DNA from: a virus
Lineage: Duplodnaviria > Caudoviricetes
Length of the DNA: 58,056 nt
Direction: 5' to 3' (one strand)
Virus record (IMG/VR): IMGVR_UViG_3300021373_003097
Span: 1-58,056 of that record
Part shown: one piece after another, positions 57,208-58,056 of the stretch
Numbering within the stretch: the stretch's first letter is position 1
Layout: each line of letters opens with the position of its first letter
Notes under the pieces: model-generated
Seen by the model: only the letters and a program-made list of their open reading frames with translations
The model's database searches: none
Told to the model about the DNA's origin: nothing
Translations under genes and position numbers: made by a program

Positions 57208-58056
57208 TGGAACTTAAGTCAAATACCTTACATGTACGTAAGAAGAATCATTCCCAACTCCTTGTAGTATCTGAACCTCACATTGCAAATGAGCTGAATG
57301 ATTTCTTTTCATTTGAAGTGCCAGGTGCCAAATACATGCCTGCCTTTAAAAGAGGGTGGGACGGTAAGGTGCGACTATATGACATCAAGAAACAAGAGCT
57401 TCCTTGTGGTTTGTATGAATACCTAGACGAGTTCACTAAACCTCGTAACTACACGATTGAGCTAGATCATGATACGACATATGGAAGGCCGGACAGCAGT
57501 CTGGCAGTTGAGCCAAAAGATCTAGCAAAGTTTATCAAATCATTGAACCTGCCGTTTGAGCCTAGAGACTACCAGTTTAATGCCGTGGCTCAGGCAATTC
57601 ACTCTAAAAGACTCATACTGCTTTCGCCTACAGGTTCTGGTAAATCCTTAATCATATACATTTTGATGCGATGGTACTTAGAAAACCATGACAAGCGCGC
57701 AGTGATTGTAGTGCCTACCACATCTTTGGTCCAGCAGATGTACACTGATTTTGAGGAGTATGCTCAGAACGACGACTTTGACGTATCGAAGATGTGTCAC
57801 CGTATCTACTCTGGTATGCCCAAGCATAATGTTCCTGAGCGGGTCTTTATCTCTACATGGCAATCGATCTACAAGCTTCCGGGCACGTGGTTCGAGCAAT
57901 TTGGTGCAGTGTTTGGAGACGAGGTGCATAACTTTAAAGCTAAGTCCTTATCCGGTATCATGAACAAGTCACGTGAAGCTGAGTTTCGATTTGGTACCAC
58001 AGGCACACTGGATGGAACTCAGACACATAAACTTGTGCTGGAAGGTTTGTTTGGTA
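57207..58056 (+). CDS. uvsW: DNA helicase UvsW (truncated by the window end)
   Basis: Translated by hand from ATG 57207: FEVPGAKYMP..WDGKVRL, PRDYQ, LSPTGSGKS, VPTTSLV.QM, STWQS, DEVH. Confidence 0.95.
   Translation, partial: MELKSNTLHVRKKNHSQLLVVSEPHIANELNDFFSFEVPGAKYMPAFKRGWDGKVRLYDIKKQELPCGLYEYLDEFTKPRNYTIELDHDTTYGRPDSSLAVEPKDLAKFIKSLNLPFEPRDYQFNAVAQAIHSKRLILLSPTGSGKSLIIYILMRWYLENHDKRAVIVVPTTSLVQQMYTDFEEYAQNDDFDVSKMCHRIYSGMPKHNVPERVFISTWQSIYKLPGTWFEQFGAVFGDEVHNFKAKSLSGIMNKSREAEFRFGTTGTLDGTQTHKLVLEGLFG

Noticed and set aside
1-58056. tRNAs, introns, inteins, homing endonucleases, DGR or invertase systems
   Set aside because: Intergenic gaps are short, core genes (gp17, gp20, gp23) are uninterrupted and of normal length, and no reverse transcriptase, recombinase or near-identical template/variable repeat pair was seen.

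Overview
This window is the virion-morphogenesis arm of a T4-like myovirus, most similar in gene content to marine T4-like phages. All credible genes are on the + strand, and many are preceded by T4 late promoters (TATAAATA). Gene order: baseplate (probable gp5 tail end, gp25, gp6, gp7-like, gp8, a large DUF4815/VrlC-like protein), about 22 kb of fibre and accessory virion genes, neck and tail terminator (gp13-15), gp16, an accessory insert (fibre, S8 protease, collagen-like protein, FG-GAP propeller, small membrane protein), gp17-gp23, gp3, uvsY, a small phosphoribosyltransferase, and uvsW (truncated by the window end). Four signals stand out. (1) The dipeptide Asp-Ser is strongly enriched in outward-facing virion proteins and nearly absent from internal and packaging proteins, which suggests a virion-wide post-translational modification sequon. 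(2) One glycine-rich domain is split into three pieces at the N-termini of three neighbouring genes, in permuted order, one piece with a frameshift. (3) Recurring C-terminal/N-terminal connector pairs suggest a daisy-chained fibre. (4) Putative fibre proteins carry phycobiliprotein-like CxRD repeats and a blue-copper-like site. All identifications come from motif recognition by eye; no searches were run.
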